From NCBI GenBank assembly GCA_963747235.1, contig CAVVEU010000024.1, positions 384,001 to 448,000 of the forward strand: a DNA stretch of 64,000 nucleotides, in the 5' to 3' direction. The notes under the pieces were generated by a model, which was not told where the DNA came from, did no database searches, and saw only the letters and a program-made list of their open reading frames with translations. Both the position numbers and the translations under genes were made by a program. Below are positions 21,509 to 29,554 of this stretch, piece after piece. The number at the start of each line of letters is the position of its first letter. The stretch's first letter is position 1. This DNA is from an uncultured Candidatus Rokubacteria bacterium (lineage in GTDB: Bacteria > Methylomirabilota > Methylomirabilia > Rokubacteriales > CSP1-6).

Positions 21509-21724
21509 ATGAACAAGGACATCCTTGCCGGCAAGTGGAAGGAGATGAAGGGGCGCGTGAAGGAGCAGTGGGGAAAGTTCACCGACGATGAGCTGGATCG
21601 CGCCGAGGGGAAGGCCGAGCAGATGATCGGCCTGCTCCAGCAGCGGTACGGTTATTCCAAGGAGCGGGCGCAGGAGGAATACGACCGCTTCATGCGGGAC
21701 CAGGAGACGGAGGTCCGCCGCTAG
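21509..21724 (+). CDS. csbD: CsbD family stress protein
   Basis: MNKDILAGKWKEMKGRVKEQWGKFTDDEL...LQQRYGY. Confidence 0.9.
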   Translation: MNKDILAGKWKEMKGRVKEQWGKFTDDELDRAEGKAEQMIGLLQQRYGYSKERAQEEYDRFMRDQETEVRR

Positions 21725-21745
21725 AAGCGGATTCTCCTGTCGACG

Positions 21746-21773
21746 AGCGGCGGCGCCACCGGGCGCCGCCGCT
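21746..21773. terminator. GC-rich hairpin between convergent csbD and livF-like genes
   Basis: AGCGGCGGCGCC-accg-GGCGCCGCCGCT, 12-bp stem. Confidence 0.6.
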
Positions 21774-21780
21774 TCTCGCG

Positions 21781-22497
21781 TCAGAGCGCCAGGTACTGCT
21801 GGCGGATCGCGTCGTTGTCGCGGAACTCCCGCGCGGTGCCCTCGAAGCGGACGTGGCCCTTCTCGAGCACGTAGACTCGATCGGCCAGATCGAGCGAGAA
21901 GCCCACGTTCTGCTCGGCGAGCAGGATGGTGAGGCCTTCGCGCTTGAGGCGCCCGATCTGCTCCTTGAGGTGCTCGACCACGAGCGGGGCGAGGCCCTCC
22001 GACGGCTCGTCCAGGAGCAGGAGCTCCGGGTTGCCCATCAGGGTGCGGGCGATGGTGAGCATCTGCTGCTCGCCGCCCGAGAGGAAGCCGCCCTGCCGGT
22101 CCACCAGCTCGCGCAGCTTCGGGAAGAGATCGAAGACGCGCTCCACCGTCCACCCGCCCGCCGCCGAGCCGCGGCTGGCCACGTCCAGGTTCTCCCAGAC
22201 CGTGAGATCCGCGAAGATGCGCCGATCCTCCGGGATGAAGCCGATGCCCGCGCGGGCGATCTGGTAGGGCGCCCGGCCGGTGACGTCGCGGCCCTTCCAC
22301 ACCACGCGGCCGCGGCGCGGCGGGGTGAGGCCGATGATGCTGCGCATGGTGGTGGTCTTGCCGACCCCGTTGCGCCCGAGCAGGCAGACGCACTCGCCGC
22401 GGGTCACCTGGAGCGTGACGCCGAAGAGCACCTGCGAGAGCCCGTAGGCGGTGTAGACGTCCTCCACGGCGAGCACCCGCTCCGGCGTCGCGGTCAC
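21781..22497 (-). CDS. Branched-chain-type ABC ATPase (LivF-like)
   Basis: GRNGVGKT, LSGGEQQM, LDEPSEGLAP. Confidence 0.92.
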   Translation of the reverse strand: MTATPERVLAVEDVYTAYGLSQVLFGVTLQVTRGECVCLLGRNGVGKTTTMRSIIGLTPPRRGRVVWKGRDVTGRAPYQIARAGIGFIPEDRRIFADLTVWENLDVASRGSAAGGWTVERVFDLFPKLRELVDRQGGFLSGGEQQMLTIARTLMGNPELLLLDEPSEGLAPLVVEHLKEQIGRLKREGLTILLAEQNVGFSLDLADRVYVLEKGHVRFEGTAREFRDNDAIRQQYLAL

Positions 22498-23231
22498 CGG
22501 CTCTCTCCCAGGTAGACGCGCCGCACCTCGGGGTCGCTCCGCACCTCCGCGGGGGTGCCGTCCGCGATCACGTGGCCCTGGTGGAGCACCGTGATCCGAT
22601 GCGCGATGGAGAAGACCACCTCCATGTCGTGCTCGGTGAAGAGCAGGGTCAGCCCCCGGTCGGCCGCGATGCGCTCGATCAGGCGGATGGACTCGCGCGT
22701 CTCGGAGGCGGACATGCCGGCGGTGGGCTCGTCGAGCAGGAGGATCTCGGGCTCGAGCGCGAGCGTGATGCCGAGCTCGAGCTGCTTCTGGTTGCCGTGC
22801 GAGAGAAAGCCCGACGTCTCCTGGGCCTTGTCGAGAAGGCCGACCGCCTCCAGGAGCGCCTCCGTCTCCGGGCGGTAGAGGCGCTCCACCGGGGTGAAGA
22901 GGTTCCAGCCGCGCCCGCGGTGGCACACGAAGGCGGCCTGGACGTTCTCGTACACGGTGAGGCGCGGGAAGATGTTGGTGCGCTGGAACGACCGGCCCAT
23001 CCCGAGCCGGCAGAGGTCGTGGGGCGCGATCCCGGTCACGTCGCGGTCCTTGAAGACCACGCGCCCGCCGTCGGGCTGGAGGTGCCCGGTGATCAGGTTG
23101 AACAGGGTGGTCTTGCCCGCGCCGTTGGGGCCGATGATGGCGCTGATCGAGCCCTTGGGCACCGTGAAGGACACGCCGCCCACCGCCTGGAAGCCGTCGA
23201 AGCTCTTGCTGATCTCCTGGACGTCAAGCAC
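22494..23231 (-). CDS. Branched-chain-type ABC ATPase (LivG-like)
   Basis: GPNGAGKT, LSHGNQK, LDEPTAG, VYLG. Confidence 0.92.
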   Translation of the reverse strand: MLDVQEISKSFDGFQAVGGVSFTVPKGSISAIIGPNGAGKTTLFNLITGHLQPDGGRVVFKDRDVTGIAPHDLCRLGMGRSFQRTNIFPRLTVYENVQAAFVCHRGRGWNLFTPVERLYRPETEALLEAVGLLDKAQETSGFLSHGNQKQLELGITLALEPEILLLDEPTAGMSASETRESIRLIERIAADRGLTLLFTEHDMEVVFSIAHRITVLHQGHVIADGTPAEVRSDPEVRRVYLGESR

Positions 23232-24207
23232 CGGCGGGTCTCCGCGCGAGCCGCCGCCAGAGATCGATCACCGCGCCCGCGATCCCGCCCGGGAACACGA
23301 AGAGCAGGAGGACCAGGATGCTGCCGAGGATCAGCGGCCAGTACTCGGTGTACGACACGATCTGCTGGTTGAGCCCGATGAGCGCCACCGCCCCCACCGC
23401 GGGCCCGTAGAAGGTGCCCATGCCGCCCAGCAGCGTCATGATCAGCACCTCGGAGGACTTGGTCCAGTAGGCGAAGTCGGGGAAGACGCCGCGGTTGAAG
23501 ATGCCGAAGAGGCCCCCGGCCAGGCCCGCGAAGGCCCCCGCGATCACGAAGGCGGCCAGCTCGTAGCGCCGCACGTTCACCCCGATGAACTCGGCGCGCT
23601 CCGCGTTCTCCCGGATCGTGGTGAGCATCCGCCCGAAGGGCGAGGCCACGATGCGGCGGAGCATCCAGAAGCACGCCGCGACCAGGACGAGGCAGGTGAA
23701 GTAGAAGTAGTCGGAGGTGCGGTAGCCGCCCACGAAGGGGAGCACCGCGGCCACCCGCTCCACCCAGTCGAAGCTCGGGTAGGGGATCTCGGGCATGCCC
23801 TGCTCGCCGCCGGTCACCTCGTTCCACTTGAAGCAGATGGCCCACACGATCTGGGCGAAGGCGAGCGTGAGCATCGCGAAGTAGATGCGGGTGAGGCGCA
23901 CGCAGAAGAAGCCGAAGACCAGCGCGCAGAGCCCGGCGATGACCCCCGCGGCGGGGAACGCGATGAGGAACGAGACGCCCAGCTTCTTCATGAGGAGCCC
24001 GGTGGCGTAGGCCCCGATCCCGAAGTAGGCCGCGTGGCCGAAGGAGACGAGCCCGGTGTAGCCGACCAGCATGTTCAAGCTGGTCGCGAAGAGCGCCCAG
24101 ATGACCATGTCGTTGGCGAGGAACGTGTAGAAGCGCGAGCCCATCGACGGCACGCAGAAGGCGACCGCCAGCACGAGCAGCACCCAGGGGATCTTGGCCA
24201 GGCGCAT
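23224..24207 (-). CDS. Branched-chain-type ABC permease (LivM-like)
   Basis: GYTGLVSFGHAAYFGIGAY, TGGEQG, SPFGRML. Confidence 0.92.
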   Translation of the reverse strand: MRLAKIPWVLLVLAVAFCVPSMGSRFYTFLANDMVIWALFATSLNMLVGYTGLVSFGHAAYFGIGAYATGLLMKKLGVSFLIAFPAAGVIAGLCALVFGFFCVRLTRIYFAMLTLAFAQIVWAICFKWNEVTGGEQGMPEIPYPSFDWVERVAAVLPFVGGYRTSDYFYFTCLVLVAACFWMLRRIVASPFGRMLTTIRENAERAEFIGVNVRRYELAAFVIAGAFAGLAGGLFGIFNRGVFPDFAYWTKSSEVLIMTLLGGMGTFYGPAVGAVALIGLNQQIVSYTEYWPLILGSILVLLLFVFPGGIAGAVIDLWRRLARRPAGA

Positions 24208-24210
24208 GGG

Positions 24211-25095
24211 TTACTTGAGCGGGCGGCCCAGGAGGCCCCAGGGGCGGATGATGAGCACCGCGGCCATGAGGGCGAAGACCGCGAAGATCGAGAAGCGCGG
24301 GAAGAAGAGGATGCCGAAGGAGAGCACCTGGCCGTAGATGACCGCCCCCAGGAACGTGCCCCAGAAGGAGCCGAGGCCGCCGATGACCACGACCACGAAG
24401 GCCTCCACGATGACCTCGGTGTCCATGCCCGGCACGGTGGCCCGCATGGGCGCGATGAGGGCGCCGCCGAGGCCGCCCAGGAACGAGGCGAGCACGAACA
24501 CGCCGGTGTAGAGCCCGTCCACGTTCACCCCGAGCGCGCCCAGGGTCTCGCGATCGAGCGCGGCGGCCCGGATGAAGCGCCCGGTGCGCGTGCGCTGCAG
24601 CACGAACCAGAAGGTCAGCGCGATCGCGGGGCCCAGCAGCAGGATGAAGAGGTTGTAGTGCGGCACGGTGGCCCCGAAGACGTGGAAGGCCCCGGTCAGC
24701 TCCGGCGGCCGGCTCACCGACTTCTGCTGCGTGCCCCAGATGATCTTGGCCACGTCGCTCAGGATCAGCACCAGGGCGTAGGTGAACAGGAGCTGGTAGA
24801 GCTCCTCCTTGCCGTAGAGGTGGCGGAAGAGGAAGCGCTCGATCACGCCGCCCATGATGGCGACCGCGGTGGCCGCGCCGAGGGCGGCCAGCCAGAAGCG
24901 CCCGGGGCCGACCCCGATCCACTGCACGAGCTGGAAGGCGCTGTAGGCGCCCAGCATGTAGAAGGTCCCGTGCGCGAAGTTCAGCACGCGGAGGACGCCG
25001 AAGATCAGGGAGAGCCCGGAAGCGATGAGGAAGAGGAACATCGCGGCGGTGAGGCCGCTCAGGCTCTGGGCGAAGACGAACGACGGATCGGGCAT
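24211..25095 (-). CDS. Branched-chain-type ABC permease (LivH-like)
   Basis: GLSLIFGVLRVLNFAHG, VVIGGLGS, RPWGLLG. Confidence 0.92.
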   Translation of the reverse strand: MPDPSFVFAQSLSGLTAAMFLFLIASGLSLIFGVLRVLNFAHGTFYMLGAYSAFQLVQWIGVGPGRFWLAALGAATAVAIMGGVIERFLFRHLYGKEELYQLLFTYALVLILSDVAKIIWGTQQKSVSRPPELTGAFHVFGATVPHYNLFILLLGPAIALTFWFVLQRTRTGRFIRAAALDRETLGALGVNVDGLYTGVFVLASFLGGLGGALIAPMRATVPGMDTEVIVEAFVVVVIGGLGSFWGTFLGAVIYGQVLSFGILFFPRFSIFAVFALMAAVLIIRPWGLLGRPLK

Positions 25096-25120
25096 TTAGG
25101 ATGAAGACGAGCGGTACGGT

Positions 25121-25206
25121 GGGTGCGGACGGCGGCAGGGCGGGGGCGCTCCCGGTGAGTGGTGCACCGAACAAGGGAGCGTTCCCGCCCTGCCGCCGTC
25201 CCACCC
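25121..25206. repeat. Long inverted repeat (~32-bp arms) between the SBP and permease genes
   Basis: GGACGGCGGCAGGGCGGG..CGCTCCC / GGGAGCG..CCCGCCCTGCCGCCGTCC. Confidence 0.8.
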
Positions 25207-25215
25207 GGCCGGGCG

Positions 25216-26403
25216 CTAGTCCATGAATTTCGTCGGGTCGATGTATTCCACCGGCTTCATGATCGGGAACGGATACTTGGGATCCTTCACCGTCTTGCCG
25301 TAGAGCTGGCCGCGATTGGCCTGGTGATCCTTCTCTCGAATCGTCTGCTTGCCGATGGGCGTGTCGATCGTCAGGCCCAGCAGCGCCTTGGAGACCTTGT
25401 CGGAGTCGGTGCTGCCCGCCTTCTTGATGGCCTCGGCCAGGAACTGCATGCCGATGTAGCCCTGGATGGCCCAGGACGACGGGTACTCGTCCTTCAGGTA
25501 CTTGGAGAGCCGAACGATGTACTCGCGATGGGCGGGGGTCTCGGCTCCGTAGAAGGCATCGTAGGAGTTGCCCCAGATGCCCACCGGGTAGTCCGCGCCC
25601 ATCGACTTGGTCGTCTCCGGGGAGCCCGCTTCGCCGAGCCCGATGAAGTTGTACTTGACGGCGTCGAACATGCCGAGGGCGCTGGCCTGCTTGGAGTAGG
25701 TGACGAAGAAGCCGCCCCAGATGGACGACACGATGGCCTCGGGCTTCTTGGCCATCTGGGCGTTGATGAACGGGTTGTAGTCCTGCTCGCCGAGCTTGGG
25801 CCACTGCTGGTCCACGATCTGCACGCTCGGCTTGATCTTCTTCATGTGCTCGACGAACGCCTTGGTCACGTCCTGGCCGTAGGCGTAGTCGAAGGCGATG
25901 GTGGCGACCTTGGTCACCGGCCACTTGGCCACGATCTCGGCCGCGCTGCGCCCCTCCATGGTGGTGTTGGCCGCGACGCGGAAGACGTAGGGGTGGAGCT
26001 TGTCGGCGGCGGTGAGCTGGTCGGTCTTCGGGATCGGCGCGATGAAGACGACCTTGTTCTCCTTGGCCACCACCGAGACCGCCGGGCCTTCCGCGGAGGT
26101 CAGCGTGCCCATCAGGAAGTCCACGTTGTCCTTCAGGATCATCTCGCGGGCGACCCGCACCGCTTCGTTGGCGTCCGCCTTGGAGTCGCGGATGACCAGC
26201 TCGATCTTGCGGCCGAGCACGCCGCCCTTGGCGTTCAGCTCCTCGACGAACATCAGGGCGCCCTTGGAGGCGGGCTCTCCGAACAGCGCGGGCGGGCCCG
26301 AGAGGGGCAGGGGCACGCCGACCTTGATCGGCTTCTGGGCGCTGGCGGCCAGCGGCATCGCCAGCACCAGGGCCAGCAGCATCGTGAGTACGCGAAGCAT
26401 CAT
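25216..26403 (-). CDS. ABC substrate-binding protein, LivJ/K-like (PBP type 1)
   Basis: Signal peptide; PLSGPPALFG, NAKGGVLGRKIEL, DYAYG. Confidence 0.9.
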   Translation of the reverse strand: MMLRVLTMLLALVLAMPLAASAQKPIKVGVPLPLSGPPALFGEPASKGALMFVEELNAKGGVLGRKIELVIRDSKADANEAVRVAREMILKDNVDFLMGTLTSAEGPAVSVVAKENKVVFIAPIPKTDQLTAADKLHPYVFRVAANTTMEGRSAAEIVAKWPVTKVATIAFDYAYGQDVTKAFVEHMKKIKPSVQIVDQQWPKLGEQDYNPFINAQMAKKPEAIVSSIWGGFFVTYSKQASALGMFDAVKYNFIGLGEAGSPETTKSMGADYPVGIWGNSYDAFYGAETPAHREYIVRLSKYLKDEYPSSWAIQGYIGMQFLAEAIKKAGSTDSDKVSKALLGLTIDTPIGKQTIREKDHQANRGQLYGKTVKDPKYPFPIMKPVEYIDPTKFMD

Positions 26404-26419
26404 GGGAAGCCTCCTTTGG

Positions 26420-27673
26420 CTACGAGAGATTGCGCGTCACGAACCGGCCGCCCTTCATCACCGAGAGGCGGCTCCGGTCCTGAAGAATCGCGATGTCCTT
26501 CAGGGGGTCGCCGTTCACCACCACGAGGTCGGCCAGCTTGCCGGGCTCGAGCGTGCCGATCCGGTCCTGCATCCGCATCAGCTCCGCGCCGTACCGCGTG
26601 GCGCACGTGATGGCCTCGAGCGGCGTGAAGCCGATGACGTCCACGAAGACCTGGATGTCCTTCGCGTACTCGCCGTGCGGGTTCCAGGCGAAGCCGAAGT
26701 CGCCGCCCGGGCACATGCGGATGCCCAGGTCCCGGGCGCGCCGATACGTATCCGAGGCCTGCTTGATCTCGTCGCGCAGCCCCGAGGGCCCCACGATCTC
26801 CTCGGTGATGCCGAAGCGCGGCCCGTTCTCGATGATCGAGTAGAGGTAGCGCAGCCCCGGGACCAGGACCAGGCCCTGGTCGGCGATCAGGCGCAGCGTC
26901 TCGTCGTCCGCGTAGGTCGCGTGCTCGATCGAGTCCACCCCGGCCTGGGCGGCCACGCGGCTCGAGCGGGCGCCGCGCACGTGGGCCGCCGCGATGCGGC
27001 CGCGCATGTGCGCCTCCTCCACCAGCACGCGAACCTCGTCGAGGGTATAGGTGCAGTCCGCGATCGGGGTGTGGGGCAGCAGCGCGTCGCCGCCCACGTA
27101 GCACTTGATCACGTCGGCGCCGTCCTTGATCGAGCGCCGCACCGCGATCCGGATCTGGTCCGCCCCGTCCGCGATGAGGGCGAGCCCGTCCATGCCGAGC
27201 TTGAGGTAGGACGGGTTCCAGTCCGACATGCCGCCGGTGGCCACGATGTCACGGCTCGCCGCGAGCAGCCGCGGGCCCGGGTAGAGGCCCTCGTTGATCG
27301 CGCGCTTGAGCGCCACGTCCACCCCGTGCACCGAGCCGGCGGAGCGCGCGGCGGTGTAGCCGTGGGAGAGCGCCAGCTCCGCGTTCCTGGCCGAGACCAG
27401 CGTGGAGTACTCGGGCGGGCAGTTGAGGTCGAGATCCGCGATCACCTTCACGTTGTTGTACGAGAGGTGGATGTGGGCCTCGACCAGCCCGGGGATCACG
27501 CTGCGGCCGGCCAGATCAACCACCTGCGTGTCCGCGCCGGAGGGCGCGTCCCCGGCCGCGAGCGGCCCCGCGTGCACGATCGTTTCGCCCTCGATCACGA
27601 GACTGCCGTCGCGCGCGGGCGCACCGGTGCCGTCGATCACGTGGGCGTTTTTCAGGAAGATGCGCGAGGGCAT
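26420..27673 (-). CDS. Metal-dependent amidohydrolase (Xaa-Pro dipeptidase-like)
   Basis: PGLVEAHIH, GADVIK, AAHVRG, SIEH, GTLEPGKLADLVV. Confidence 0.88.
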   Translation of the reverse strand: MPSRIFLKNAHVIDGTGAPARDGSLVIEGETIVHAGPLAAGDAPSGADTQVVDLAGRSVIPGLVEAHIHLSYNNVKVIADLDLNCPPEYSTLVSARNAELALSHGYTAARSAGSVHGVDVALKRAINEGLYPGPRLLAASRDIVATGGMSDWNPSYLKLGMDGLALIADGADQIRIAVRRSIKDGADVIKCYVGGDALLPHTPIADCTYTLDEVRVLVEEAHMRGRIAAAHVRGARSSRVAAQAGVDSIEHATYADDETLRLIADQGLVLVPGLRYLYSIIENGPRFGITEEIVGPSGLRDEIKQASDTYRRARDLGIRMCPGGDFGFAWNPHGEYAKDIQVFVDVIGFTPLEAITCATRYGAELMRMQDRIGTLEPGKLADLVVVNGDPLKDIAILQDRSRLSVMKGGRFVTRNLS

Positions 27674-27675
27674 GG

Positions 27676-28572
27676 CTAGAGCGCGGGGAGACCCGCGGTG
27701 GCGACGCGGATGCGGTAGACGGAGGTCGACGCGGTGATGTAGAGGCTCCGGTAGTCCGCGTCGCCCCAGGCGAAGTTGGCGACGTACTCCGGCACGTGGA
27801 TCACGCCCAGGCAGACCGCGTCGGGGCTGAACACGTGAATGCCGCCCGGGCCGCAGCAGTAGACGTGGCCCGCGGAGTCGATCTTCATCCCGTCGGGCGC
27901 GCCCTTGCCCTCGCCGGTCGTCTCCGCCCACACCTTGCCGCCGGAGAGCCCGCCGTCGCCCTTCACGTCGAAGACGCGGATGTGCAGGCGGGCGGTGTCG
28001 TTGACGAAGAGCCGGCGGCCGTCGAGCGAGAAGCAGAGCCCGTTCGGCCGGTCGAAGTCGTCCGCGAGCAGCACCGGGCTCTTCGGGTCCGGCCCCACGC
28101 GGAAGAGGCCCTGGAAGGCCAGCTCCTGCGGCCGCGGCACGCCGTAGAACTCGGCGCGGCCGTACGGCGGGTCGCTGAAGTAGATGCCGCCGTCCGCGGA
28201 GCAGACGACGTCGTTCGGGCTATTGAGCTGCTTGCCCTGGAAGTGCGTCGCGAGCGGGACGATCTGGCCGCCGGGCTCGGTGCGCGAGATCTGGCTCGAG
28301 GCGTGCTCGCAGGCCACGAGCCGGCCCTGGCGATCCCACGTGAGGCCGTTGGACTTGTTGCAGGGCTGGCGAAACGTGGTGACGCCGTCCGCGGCCGACC
28401 ACCGGCGCAGGTGATCGCCGGGCATGTCGCTCCACAGCAGATACCGGCCGGCCGGGTGCCAGAGCGGGCCCTCGGTGAAGAGGCACCCGGTGGCGATCCG
28501 CTCGAACTCGACCCGGTTGCCCACGACCTGCGTGAAGCGCGGCTCGCGGATCGAGACGGAGGACGCGGTCAC
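27676..28572 (-). CDS. SMP-30/gluconolactonase family protein
   Basis: FTEGPLW, LNSPND, FSDPPYG, PNGLCFS, PDGMKID. Confidence 0.9.
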   Translation of the reverse strand: MTASSVSIREPRFTQVVGNRVEFERIATGCLFTEGPLWHPAGRYLLWSDMPGDHLRRWSAADGVTTFRQPCNKSNGLTWDRQGRLVACEHASSQISRTEPGGQIVPLATHFQGKQLNSPNDVVCSADGGIYFSDPPYGRAEFYGVPRPQELAFQGLFRVGPDPKSPVLLADDFDRPNGLCFSLDGRRLFVNDTARLHIRVFDVKGDGGLSGGKVWAETTGEGKGAPDGMKIDSAGHVYCCGPGGIHVFSPDAVCLGVIHVPEYVANFAWGDADYRSLYITASTSVYRIRVATAGLPAL

Positions 28573-28760
28573 TTGGACATGCGCTCGCCGGGCTTGCCGC
28601 CGACGTACCAATCGGGGGGATCGACCTCCTCGAAGACGACCCAGACCGCTTCCTTGGGAAGCTTGGTCACGTCGGTGATCGCGGCGGTGACCCGCTTCGC
28701 GATCTCGTTCAGGTTATCCTTGCCCCAGCCTTCGTAGATGCGGATGTTGACGAATGGCAT
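28569..28760 (-). CDS. 4-oxalocrotonate tautomerase family protein
   Basis: N-terminal Pro (MPFVNI), about 63 aa, WYVGG; GGAG RBS. Confidence 0.85.
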   Translation of the reverse strand: MPFVNIRIYEGWGKDNLNEIAKRVTAAITDVTKLPKEAVWVVFEEVDPPDWYVGGKPGERMSK

Positions 28761-28875
28761 CGGAGTCTCCCTTGGCTCCGGAGTGGGCGAGAGCACACGC
28801 CCTCCCGGGAAAGTGGCCGGAGACTAGCACGCCGGCCGGGGACCGGGCAAGGCACGCCGTGCGAGGAGAAGGGTG

Positions 28876-29255
28876 ATGGACAGGGGGCTGGGCTGCTGAA
28901 GCGCCTCGACACGGCGTGGGGCGCGTTCCAGGACTCGTACGCCGGTCTCTCGGCTGCGGAGCTGATGGAGCCGGGTGCCACGGGCGATTGGTCGGTGAGA
29001 GACATCCTCGCGCACGTGGCGACGTGGGAGGAGGAGGCCCTCACGTACCTGCCGCTCATCCTGGAGGGTGGCAGGCCACCGCGGTATCGCGTCACCTATG
29101 GCGGCATCGACGCCTTCAACGCCCTGATGATGGAGCGGAAGAGGAGTCTGCCGCTCTCCGAGGTGCTGCGACAGGTGGAGGCGATCCACCGCCGGATCAT
29201 CGATCTCGTCCGTAGTCCGCGAAGAAGCCGTGCCCCACGCCGCCTTCCCGCTTGA
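28876..29255 (+). pseudogene. DinB/DUF1706-like four-helix protein, C-terminally truncated
   Basis: WSVRDILAHVATWEEE...IDAFNA; the sequence switches to an antisense DLH fragment near 29210, before the C-terminal His region. Confidence 0.6.
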
Positions 29256-29430
29256 ACAGCTCGGGCGCCACCGTGTAATAGCCGTCCTTGGCGAAGCGCC
29301 GGGTCACGTCCTTCACCCACTCGTGCAGGCCCCAGATCTCCGAGATCCCGATCGGGGCATTGGTGGCGTTCGCGGGGCGCACCTCGTAGACCGGCATCTT
29401 GTAGCCGCCGATCGCGACCTCCGCATCGCC
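29197..29430 (-). pseudogene. Dienelactone hydrolase remnant with large internal deletion
   Basis: EIWGLHEWVKDVTRRFAKDGY..APELF joined directly to GHGFFADY; the central GxCxGG nucleophile motif is absent. Confidence 0.7.
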
Positions 29431-29494
29431 GGATCGGTGATGATCCGCGAGGCGGGCAGAGGCTAGCCTGCCGCCCACCCCGGTCGACAAGGAC

Positions 29495-29519
29495 CCCCGC
29501 GCACGAAGACTGCGCGGGG
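29495..29519. terminator. Hairpin downstream of the TPR-like gene
   Basis: CCCCGCGCA-cgaagac-TGCGCGGGG. Confidence 0.45.
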
Positions 29520-29554
29520 ACCCCCGGGGTTCCCTTGACGGAGCGCGTCGAAGG

